48,749 nt of DNA from contig JAZGCJ010000225.1 of assembly GCA_036476895.1 (NCBI GenBank), positions 1 to 48,749 of the forward strand, given 5' to 3'. A model generated the notes under the pieces. That model saw only the letters and a list, made by a program, of their open reading frames with translations. It had not been told where the DNA came from and made no database searches. Numbering within the stretch: position 1 is the stretch's first letter; every line of letters begins with the position of its first letter. Of the stretch, positions 31,851 to 38,921 are shown in pieces. This stretch comes from Thermodesulfobacteriota bacterium (GTDB lineage: Bacteria > Desulfobacterota_D > UBA1144 > Nemesobacterales > JAZGCJ01). A program made the position numbers and the translations under genes.

Positions 31851-32405
31851 CTATTTAACTAATTTAGAATAAAATTTGTACAATTTTTGTAGTTCTTTGA
31901 TTGTCGAATCACTTTTTATCCTGTTTGCTCTCCTGGACACAATGACAATATTTTCTTTTGTATATCCACCAAGGTTATTAATACGGTCTATTTCTGGCGA
32001 TGAATCTTTACCAATTTTATCATTCACTTTTAATCGCATTCCGAAAATAGGACAGACTTTGGGTAGTTTAAGATCAGTTAATTTTATAGTAAAAGGTAAA
32101 TTTGACTGTTTTGCTCTAATTCGTGCTCTGACCAACATGTACAGCAACGGATTTTCTCTTCTATGTTTACGCACATATATTTTTGCGTACTGACGTGCTT
32201 TTTTAAGCCGAATCGGATTTTCTTTTATTTTTGTACGATATTGTCTGGACCAATTTGCTTTACGTTTTTTCTCTTTTTTACGTGCTTTTGGAGAAATCCA
32301 ATGTTCGTACAAAGTTCCATTTTTAGCGCAATTATAGCCACGAAAAATAAAACCATCAGCACGTACTCTTTTCCCCGTCGATTTTGGAATAATTAATTTT
32401 TTCAT
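31851..32405 (-). CDS. HNH homing endonuclease (free-standing)
   Basis: C-terminal CPIFGMRL...SPEIDRINNLGGYTKENIVIVSRRANRIKS matches the phage HNH pattern (DRI.N..GY...N.....AN..K). Basic N-terminal half. Confidence 0.75.
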   Translation of the reverse strand: MKKLIIPKSTGKRVRADGFIFRGYNCAKNGTLYEHWISPKARKKEKKRKANWSRQYRTKIKENPIRLKKARQYAKIYVRKHRRENPLLYMLVRARIRAKQSNLPFTIKLTDLKLPKVCPIFGMRLKVNDKIGKDSSPEIDRINNLGGYTKENIVIVSRRANRIKSDSTIKELQKLYKFYSKLVK

Positions 32406-32407
32406 TC

Positions 32408-32752
32408 TTACGCAACCTTTTTAACGGATTGAATCGCAGCATCCAATTTCGATTGAACTGAAATTGAACTGTATTTGCGGAGCAACTTTGAAATCATGTT
32501 CAAAAGCAAAGTCTTGATATGAGGAACTTCGATCTGATTGATAACTTCTTTCAGCGAATTCAGAATCTCTTTGTACTTCGTAGTAGTCTTATCAAAAACT
32601 TTCAAACTAAGAGAAAGAAAACCAGCTTGAATGTTCTCATTAGACTGCACACGATGAATTAAGTTCGCTTTTTGAGCCTCAAGTTGTTCTCTCAAATCAT
32701 CTACTCGTTTCTTCAATTTTATGTACTTTTCAATCTCATTTTGTCTTATCAT
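32408..32752 (-). CDS. hypothetical coiled-coil protein
   Basis: TAAGGAGGCACACA precedes the ATG. Confidence 0.6.
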   Translation of the reverse strand: MIRQNEIEKYIKLKKRVDDLREQLEAQKANLIHRVQSNENIQAGFLSLSLKVFDKTTTKYKEILNSLKEVINQIEVPHIKTLLLNMISKLLRKYSSISVQSKLDAAIQSVKKVA

Positions 32753-32763
32753 TGTGTGCCTCC

Positions 32764-33063
32764 TTATTTAATTTCGTTGAAACTAGATTTTAGATTTGTT
32801 TCCCACGGTAAATTGTATTTCTTTACGAAATCAACGTATGGTTTCGGATTATCCCCATCCTCGATACACTCTATAATACCTTCCATAAAATCGGTGTCAT
32901 AGGTATGCCACAGCCCAAAGTAATCCACCACCGCTTGTACTGACGGAAGATCATCCAACAGTGATTCAGTCTCCATGTTACAATTAGAAACTAATCGACG
33001 TAAATATCCCATTGCAGTTTCGTTTTTCTGTTGTCCAAATTCTACCGTTAGTTTCTTGTTCAT
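32764..33063 (-). CDS. hypothetical protein
   Basis: AAAGGAGGCACACA precedes the ATG. First gene after a consensus promoter. Confidence 0.6.
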   Translation of the reverse strand: MNKKLTVEFGQQKNETAMGYLRRLVSNCNMETESLLDDLPSVQAVVDYFGLWHTYDTDFMEGIIECIEDGDNPKPYVDFVKKYNLPWETNLKSSFNEIK

Positions 33064-33098
33064 TGTGTGCCTCCTTTGTGTCGATTTTCTTATAATTT

Positions 33099-33126
33099 AG
33101 TATAACGTTTTAAAGGCTTTTGTCAA
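33099..33126 (-). promoter_or_regulatory. sigma-A/sigma-70-type promoter (TTGACA-16-TATACT)
   Basis: The minus strand reads CCTTGACAaaagcctttaaaacgtTATACT in an intergenic gap, about 35 nt upstream of the ATG at 33063. Confidence 0.6.
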
Positions 33127-33170
33127 GGGTTATTTTTCACCCAACACATTGATTATGAGGCATTTTCAAC

Positions 33171-33356
33171 TTAACATCGAATTCTTTCAGGTAACAAGAT
33201 CAATGCTATCGTTCCTGCCGGTCTAGCATGATCTTGTGCAACTTCCAAAGCTCTTTTCTTGGTCTTGTATAACATAATTCCTTTTGGAAATTGAACATAC
33301 CAACCAACTAAGCGTCCATCAATTACTTTCTTCCACACACCCCACATTGGTCTCAT
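33171..33356 (-). CDS. hypothetical small protein
   Basis: 61-aa ORF between two promoter-like sites. GAAGGGGGGG precedes the ATG. Confidence 0.5.
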   Translation of the reverse strand: MRPMWGVWKKVIDGRLVGWYVQFPKGIMLYKTKKRALEVAQDHARPAGTIALILLPERIRC

Positions 33357-33392
33357 TTTGATACCCCCCTTCGATTAAATATCTTATAAGAT

Positions 33393-33420
33393 AGGATAAT
33401 CGCAATACCGGATTTGTCAA
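33393..33420 (-). promoter_or_regulatory. sigma-A/sigma-70-type promoter (TTGACA-16-TATCCT)
   Basis: The minus strand reads CCTTGACAaatccggtattgcgatTATCCT, immediately downstream of a terminator hairpin. Confidence 0.55.
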
Positions 33421-33434
33421 GGTATATTTTACAT

Positions 33435-33495
33435 AAAAAATGCCCCTACAAATCAACTCAAATTTATAAGCCAAAAATGCATTGATTTGTAGAGG
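33435..33495 (-). terminator. rho-independent terminator candidate
   Basis: A 14-bp stem (CCTCTACAAATCAA / TTGATTTGTAGGGG, 1 mismatch, 25-nt loop) is followed on the minus strand by CATTTTTT. It lies 19 nt after the stop at 33514. Confidence 0.6.
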
Positions 33496-33513
33496 CAAAA
33501 TATGATGATTAGG

Positions 33514-34083
33514 TTACTTCTGATGTTTCTTTCTGGTCCGTTGATTGCGTCTTTTTTTAGTCACTTTTTGCAGTCGCCTTTTTCGTCTTGCTTTTAATCT
33601 CTTTTTTCGTCTAGCTTTTAATCGTTTTTTTGTTTGTTTTAATTTGTGCCTGTCTTCTTTGATTTCTTTTAACTTATAAAATTGTCGTGGTTTCATCCGT
33701 GATGGAAACCCTAACTTTCTTTTTAGCTTTTCTTTACACGCATTTAAGACGGTTGAAATATAACCCTGATACACACCTAACCTTTGGGCAATATCAACTT
33801 CCTTCATTAAACCCTTGTATCGCAATATAAATATCTCGAACTGTTTATTCGTCAAACACTCCGACGCTGCTTTGTACAAGGCATCCCGCATTTGCTGCTT
33901 TTTATCTTCATGCTGACGCAACTGGTCAATGTCTTGAGACCGTCTCCGAAAATAAGTCGGTGCATACTTATTGACGAAGTTATCTACCTCATGATCCGGT
34001 AATGATACTTCCATGAAGTCAATATCACGCTTTGGATGATCTTCAAAGACAAACTTATCTCTGACCTTGACTCGTTTTTTCAT
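33514..34083 (-). CDS. sigma-70 region-4-like HTH protein with Lys/Arg-rich repeat tail
   Basis: CLTNKQFEIFILRYKGLMKEVDIAQRLGVYQGYISTVLNACKEKLKRKL resembles sigma region 4 / LuxR-type HTH. The C-terminus is KRLKARRKKRLKARRKRRL.... Confidence 0.55.
   Translation of the reverse strand: MKKRVKVRDKFVFEDHPKRDIDFMEVSLPDHEVDNFVNKYAPTYFRRRSQDIDQLRQHEDKKQQMRDALYKAASECLTNKQFEIFILRYKGLMKEVDIAQRLGVYQGYISTVLNACKEKLKRKLGFPSRMKPRQFYKLKEIKEDRHKLKQTKKRLKARRKKRLKARRKRRLQKVTKKRRNQRTRKKHQK
33582..33629. repeat. 24-bp tandem duplication (ttcgtct[t/a]gcttttaatc...) encoding KRLKARRK x2
   Basis: Read directly from the sequence, inside the 3' end of ORF 33514..34083. Confidence 0.75.
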
Positions 34084-34623
34084 TTAGCTTATCACCACAC
34101 AGCTAGCGGGGTCTATGTCTGTTGCTACGGTACGTTCAAAGATGTGAAGATTAACAACAACCTTGTCTCTCTTTAAACTAAGTATATCTCCTTTAAATCC
34201 TTGAAACGGTCCACCAACAATGTCCACGGCATCACCAACTTTAATCTTGTAACTGCTGGCTAATGATCGTGTATCTTCTTTAGACTGTTCAAGTTGTTTC
34301 ATAGTTTCCATTTCCTCACTCGTTAAAATATACGGTTTTTTCTCTCCAGGGCGTTTCAATAACCGTCCGCCACAATGAAATTTCAAAAGATCATTAATAG
34401 CAGTGTTGTGTTGAAAGTTAAACTGAACAAACGCATATCCAGGATATAAGGGTCTTGGTTCCTCTATGATTTTATTTTTCCTTTTGTTTCTTTCTAACTG
34501 AGGCCGTTCTGGTATCCAGATTAAATACTCTGAATGCAGGGCCTTGAATGCACTGTCCAGGTATGATATACGTCGGGGATCCCCAACAAATATAACGTAC
34601 CAGGCTTTTTGGGTCTCTACCAT
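34084..34623 (-). CDS. NusG/Spt5-like transcription elongation factor (NGN + KOW)
   Basis: The N-terminus WYVIFVG..., ending PLYPGYAFVQF, is NGN-like. The C-terminus KVGDAVDIVGGPFQGFKGDILSL is a KOW motif. Confidence 0.7.
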   Translation of the reverse strand: MVETQKAWYVIFVGDPRRISYLDSAFKALHSEYLIWIPERPQLERNKRKNKIIEEPRPLYPGYAFVQFNFQHNTAINDLLKFHCGGRLLKRPGEKKPYILTSEEMETMKQLEQSKEDTRSLASSYKIKVGDAVDIVGGPFQGFKGDILSLKRDKVVVNLHIFERTVATDIDPASCVVIS

Positions 34624-35369
34624 TCGTCCGTCTTTCCTCCTAGTTTCTTATGGTATGTGATAAATAAGTCAGAAGTGACGGGTTCCTCTAACTTAAATAA
34701 ATCTTCGGCTGTATGATCATTTAAGAATGAATCGGGGTCTAAGCCTTCAGGTAATTTGATTAATGAAAATCGTAAATTTAAATTTGTGTGTTTACTTGTA
34801 AGACTCTTTCTATTTGGTGTTCCAATTGCAACTCGTTCTAAAAATTTAGCACCAGCTTTATCACCGTCTGGTACAAATATCACTTCATCCACAAAACGAG
34901 ACAAGACTGCTAACTGAGTCACACTCAACGTTGAACCTAGCATACCCACTACATTCTTTACTCCGGCCTGGTACATACGAACCACATCAACGTTCCCCTC
35001 GACAACATAAACTTTTCGTTTCTGTAAACAATCGTACCACGTCAGGTTCAATCCGTACAAATGTCTTCCCTTAGTGTACACCGTATTGATATACTTCAAA
35101 TCGTTTGTATCACTCAAAGACCTAGCCGATACACCGATCACTTTACCGTACAAATCAAAGATGGGAAATATAGCTGAGTCATAAAATCGTGGGTCAATTT
35201 TAGGCATAGTGAAATCAAGATAATTATCTACCCCTCGTGTTATAAAGTCTCCATACTCATCACAATAGCAGAGTTTAAACTTCTCTATCACATCAAAATC
35301 CAAATATCGTTTCGTAAACAGATAATCTATACCTTTATTGGTCACTTGGTCTTTCCTTTGTTTGAACAT
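34617..35369 (-). CDS. DnaG-type Toprim DNA primase lacking an N-terminal zinc-binding domain
   Basis: VVEGNVDVVRMYQAGVKNVVGMLGS ... VIFVPDGDKAGAKF carries the Toprim E and DxD motifs. No CxxC/CxxH pairs occur in the N-terminal part. Confidence 0.8.
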   Translation of the reverse strand: MFKQRKDQVTNKGIDYLFTKRYLDFDVIEKFKLCYCDEYGDFITRGVDNYLDFTMPKIDPRFYDSAIFPIFDLYGKVIGVSARSLSDTNDLKYINTVYTKGRHLYGLNLTWYDCLQKRKVYVVEGNVDVVRMYQAGVKNVVGMLGSTLSVTQLAVLSRFVDEVIFVPDGDKAGAKFLERVAIGTPNRKSLTSKHTNLNLRFSLIKLPEGLDPDSFLNDHTAEDLFKLEEPVTSDLFITYHKKLGGKTDEW

Positions 35370-35778
35370 CTATTTGCAAATGGGTTTTTGTTTTCGTTTG
35401 AGGTTTAAGCTTTGGCTTGCGTTTCCGTTCTTGATCCCTGCGTCCATCATAGATAACAAAATAGTTATTGTTACTCACTTTAATTCGTGACATTCTAGCC
35501 TCGTAGTTCAATGCATCTTCAATGTCTTCCCACAATCTCTGTGCTAAAATCTCCAACGTATGTGGTATGTAACCTAGACCTGGAATGTCTTCCAACTTTT
35601 TATTGTTGTATTTAACTTCAATGACTTGATTCACTAGATTACGAAAGTCGCTGCGGGACATGATTTGTCCTGTTTGAGAATTTAACTTACCTGATCTACT
35701 TTCTATCATTAACTCTAAGGTTAAAAACCCATGCTCTTCTATGTGAAACTCTCTTGTCATTCCAACATGTGTCTCCAT
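35335..35778 (-). CDS. QueD/PTPS-fold-like protein, probably degenerate
   Basis: LEDIPGLGYIPHTLEILAQRLWEDI is close to E. coli QueD [23 protein letters not shown] as recalled, and the preceding G.I...DF..L segment also aligns. The Zn-ligand/catalytic His and Cys positions are mostly absent. Confidence 0.4.
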   Translation of the reverse strand: METHVGMTREFHIEEHGFLTLELMIESRSGKLNSQTGQIMSRSDFRNLVNQVIEVKYNNKKLEDIPGLGYIPHTLEILAQRLWEDIEDALNYEARMSRIKVSNNNYFVIYDGRRDQERKRKPKLKPQTKTKTHLQIDVQTKERPSDQ

Positions 35779-35927
35779 TATTTCTTTCGTCTCCCTTTCT
35801 TTCTTTTTAAATATATTTTAATACCCTTTAAGTAGTGATATAAACTTCCAAAATAATGTTCACAATCAATCAAACATTTACAGGTTTCGATTTTCTCTGC
35901 TGGAAATATTTCTTTTCTTTTCTTCAT
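35778..35927 (-). CDS. small basic protein (49 aa)
   Basis: The ATG at 35927 overlaps the upstream TGA (ATGA). The longer ORF-track version overlaps the nuclease gene. Confidence 0.4.
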   Translation of the reverse strand: MKKRKEIFPAEKIETCKCLIDCEHYFGSLYHYLKGIKIYLKRKKGRRKK

Positions 35928-36700
35928 GATATCTTCTTTCTTCTTTTTTTCTTCCAATCTGATAAACATCCAGTTGGTCGGTAAGCATAAGGACAGTAGG
36001 AACATTTTTTAGCGTTGTACTCTCGGTCTGGTATCTCCATCACATGAGCAAATGCCCTTACACACTTCTGAATCTTCCGAATCTTTCTGATAAGAAAATT
36101 AATAATCTCTGGATCATAGTCTATTTCAAATTCTTTTATGTCTTGACGATTCTTATTCTCATACAAAAGAATCGCCTTGTGTACCTTTGTCATGTACATA
36201 TACAAATGAGCCTGATAAACATGGGATTCAACTGGTTCTTCTAGTTTCCAAAACTCTTCTTGGTTCATCGACTTCAACTCAAAAACATATTTCTGTCCTG
36301 TCTGTGGATTAAAGATAATAGCGTCTGGTGAGCCACGCAGCCATAAGTCTTTCTCTTCAAGCATCACTTCAATAAAGTTGATAAACTTCCATACACCTCG
36401 TTTTTGGACCCACACCTTACATGGAATCCCAATCTTAGGAAGGTAGTCAGCTAAATATCTGTCACGGACATGGTGTCCATTTTGGAAAATCCGTTGAACC
36501 CTCGCATCCGGCACCGTTTCGGTTGGAAAATTCAAAATACTATAAACAATCTTGCGAGTACACTCACCAATTTCTGATGGTCGTATTCGCCATTTACGTT
36601 TATAGTTAGCACTTGCTTGAGCCTTCTCATCAATGTGCTTTGTAATTAAGTCAGTAACCCAGCCCCCACCGCCAGGTCCAAGTTCCTTCTGAATTTCCAT
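35924..36700 (-). CDS. Cas4/RecB-like PD-(D/E)XK exonuclease with Fe-S-type cysteines
   Basis: N-terminal Cys (EIGECTRK), core GSPDAII...VFELKS (D...ExK), QAHLYMY (QxxxY) and C-terminal CSYCPYAYRPTGC. The ATG at 36700 avoids a 97-nt overlap implied by the ORF-track start at 36805. Confidence 0.7.
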   Translation of the reverse strand: MEIQKELGPGGGGWVTDLITKHIDEKAQASANYKRKWRIRPSEIGECTRKIVYSILNFPTETVPDARVQRIFQNGHHVRDRYLADYLPKIGIPCKVWVQKRGVWKFINFIEVMLEEKDLWLRGSPDAIIFNPQTGQKYVFELKSMNQEEFWKLEEPVESHVYQAHLYMYMTKVHKAILLYENKNRQDIKEFEIDYDPEIINFLIRKIRKIQKCVRAFAHVMEIPDREYNAKKCSYCPYAYRPTGCLSDWKKKRRKKIS

Positions 36701-36708
36701 GCAATTCC

Positions 36709-37224
36709 TTATTTGAATTCTTTGATTTGGTGCCAAATAAACTTTGGCAGACATCGGGCTAACATCTTGATTCGCCATACGAATCGTTTGAACCAAGTTC
36801 CCCACCGCTCATTGATAATGAGTGCTGCCTGCTCTAACGAATAGGCAACTACATCATCCTCAAAGATAGTGATCATGTGAGGCTTTGAACCTGGTTTATA
36901 GACTCGAACTGTTGGCTTCCACAATAGAAAGCGACTGTATCCAAGCTCTCTCAATACTCCTTCACTTCTCATCTCAGGAGTAATGTCAAGCATTACATGG
37001 ACATCTCTGATTGCTTTCTTATCACCACGCCAAGAACGTAATCCATTATCATCTGCTTCATTACCAATCTTATCTTTTGCACCTGTGATAACTTCCTCAA
37101 TATAGATTGGATCAAAGACATCAATTCCGTAGCTATTTAGAATACGAGTTGATTCCTTGGATTCTTCCTGAACGTCTTCCCATTTTCTGCCTGTCATTGC
37201 ATGAGCCAGGTAGATTTTCGTCAT
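36709..37224 (-). CDS. nucleoside 2-deoxyribosyltransferase-like protein
   Basis: The N-terminal KIYLAHAMTG and the later SEGVLRELGYSRF (catalytic-Glu context) resemble the family pattern. Confidence 0.5.
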   Translation of the reverse strand: MTKIYLAHAMTGRKWEDVQEESKESTRILNSYGIDVFDPIYIEEVITGAKDKIGNEADDNGLRSWRGDKKAIRDVHVMLDITPEMRSEGVLRELGYSRFLLWKPTVRVYKPGSKPHMITIFEDDVVAYSLEQAALIINERWGTWFKRFVWRIKMLARCLPKFIWHQIKEFK

Positions 37225-37715
37225 TTCTCTAAGTCTCCTTTTATTATTTCGTCTAGCTTGTTAATCTTTCTCACTTTGTCATATAAATATTTATCCACTA
37301 ACGGTTTGAATACTTCAAACAAAGCTTTCGCTGATTCATCTATGTTCCCACCAAATTCTACTTTACCGTTTGCTAAATTGATCCATCCCACTTCTTGGTT
37401 CTTACCTTTCTTGTTTTCAACATAAAATGTTATCTTGTACGGTTCACCTGGTTTGACGTTTGCAACTTCCTTCCCCTGTGATGCAAAGCTGAAACTTGCG
37501 GTATCTCCTGGACTCATATCAGCTAACCTGTGTGCTCCGCCAGGAGTGAAACTCAAATTCGGAGGAACGTTGCCAGGTGTAACTTGTAAATTCTCAATTT
37601 TTTTCTCAATTTCTTTATCAATTTCTTTCGCAATTTCTTTCTCAATATCAATTGACCCATCAGGAAATTGAACTTGCTTCTTAGGATAAAAAAGTTTATC
37701 TACCCATTTAAACAT
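37221..37715 (-). CDS. hypothetical protein
   Basis: 164-aa minus-strand ORF. Confidence 0.6.
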   Translation of the reverse strand: MFKWVDKLFYPKKQVQFPDGSIDIEKEIAKEIDKEIEKKIENLQVTPGNVPPNLSFTPGGAHRLADMSPGDTASFSFASQGKEVANVKPGEPYKITFYVENKKGKNQEVGWINLANGKVEFGGNIDESAKALFEVFKPLVDKYLYDKVRKINKLDEIIKGDLEK

Positions 37716-38191
37716 TACCTGTGATCTCCTGACCCTCTAATTTTTACCAATTCTTTTTTATACCTGTTATGAGCTTCTAATTCTGTGTTAAAATACCCTA
37801 AACATTTTTGTTTTCCATTAAGAACAATTTGAGATATCCATTTTTTATCTCGTTTATGATAATAACATCCAACCAATCTGCCGTTTCTGTGAGATTTACG
37901 GTTTTGTTGATTCTCTCTGTTAGTTACTATTCTTAAGTTACAGTATCTATTATCTAAAGAGTTTCCATTAATATGATCTATACAATATTCTTTTATCGGC
38001 TTTCCTACAATATACCAATGTAACCGTTCTGTTGTATAATTCCCTTTAGAAATTATAACACTTCTCCTAGCATAATAGGTCTTTGTACTTTTGCTATACA
38101 TAGCGTGCCATTTAAACTGATTTAATATCTCATATACATCATCATCAACCATAGTTTGTTGATTTTGAGTTAGCCGAATTATTTTCATCAT
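37715..38191 (-). CDS. HNH (HNH_3-type) + AP2 DNA-binding domain homing endonuclease
   Basis: IDHINGNSLDNRYCNLRIVTNRENQQN is followed by the AP2-like GCYYHKRDKKWISQIVLNGKQKCLGYFNTELEAHNRY. Confidence 0.8.
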   Translation of the reverse strand: MMKIIRLTQNQQTMVDDDVYEILNQFKWHAMYSKSTKTYYARRSVIISKGNYTTERLHWYIVGKPIKEYCIDHINGNSLDNRYCNLRIVTNRENQQNRKSHRNGRLVGCYYHKRDKKWISQIVLNGKQKCLGYFNTELEAHNRYKKELVKIRGSGDHR

Positions 38192-38207
38192 TCCTCTCTT
38201 TACTTCT

Positions 38208-38240
38208 ATTATACAAAAATTTTCACTTTTTCTATTTTCA
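38208..38240 (-). promoter_or_regulatory. extended -10 promoter candidate (TTTTTGTATAATAGAAG)
   Basis: Same core as at 5371 and 42391. It lies in the 253-nt gap upstream of the HNH-AP2 gene, followed by AAAGAGAGGAATG. Confidence 0.45.
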
Positions 38241-38444
38241 TAGGAGAAATATCGTTTTATTCAACAGTTGACTAAGAATAGAATCGTTAAGACTAGATAA
38301 AAGACTTTTAAGCTCAAATTTCCTTTGCGAAACCCCTATTCTGAGGGCTAAAATCGATTCTTTACCCTCTTTCGACCTATTTTACTTTACTGATCCTCAA
38401 AAAGAAAATAGATGCTTTAATTCACGTCTTTTCCTGATTTTGTA

Positions 38445-38921
38445 TTATATAAGCCATCCATGATTTTGACGACGGTTCTTGAGTTCCACCTTAATAGAAT
38501 CTATATCATCAAAAAAGTCATTGCTTTTTAACCCATTACACACTTGACATGCAGCTACAATTTCTTCCTTATTAGTTCCTGAATAACTCCAGGGAATAAC
38601 GTGATCAAATGTTATTTTTAGAGTGACCTGCTTATCGGTTTTTAAATTTTTAATTCGGCTCCCAAATTCTAATTCACAATATTTACACTTATTTTCTTGC
38701 TCTAATAAAATCTGCTGTTGTCGCCCTTTTGGAATATGTCTGCGTCTATAATCACCAGTACATTCTCTAACTAATTTTTCTGTTGTCGGTTGTAGAGCTT
38801 CCTTATCACAACACTGTAATATTCCATCAATCACAAAAGCACGTCCACGACAATCAGAACAATATTGCTTTCTCAGTTTGATACCGCCATAGATAGAAAC
38901 CTGACCTGTTTTTTTCTTCAT
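38445..38921 (-). CDS. HNH endonuclease, translationally coupled to the DNA polymerase gene
   Basis: The ATG at 38921 overlaps the polymerase TGA (ATGA). Motifs are CKYCE ... FDHVIPWSYSGTN ... ACQVCNGLKSN. Confidence 0.75.
   Translation of the reverse strand: MKKKTGQVSIYGGIKLRKQYCSDCRGRAFVIDGILQCCDKEALQPTTEKLVRECTGDYRRRHIPKGRQQQILLEQENKCKYCELEFGSRIKNLKTDKQVTLKITFDHVIPWSYSGTNKEEIVAACQVCNGLKSNDFFDDIDSIKVELKNRRQNHGWLI

Noticed and set aside
31777-31851. 5' extension of ORF 31603-31851 (MVLLEMGTWSGVPISKEHHKIRGHT).
   Set aside because: It is translated through the 12-bp perfect hairpin. The internal ATG at 31776 has the same strong leader as two neighbouring genes.
38192-38444. Possible group I intron or structured RNA in the 253-nt gap next to two HNH genes.
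   Set aside because: The polymerase ORF upstream is complete through motif C to a normal C-terminus, and no split exon is evident. Only short local hairpins (GAGGG...CCCTC) and a promoter-like site were seen, with no conserved intron core elements that I could recognise.
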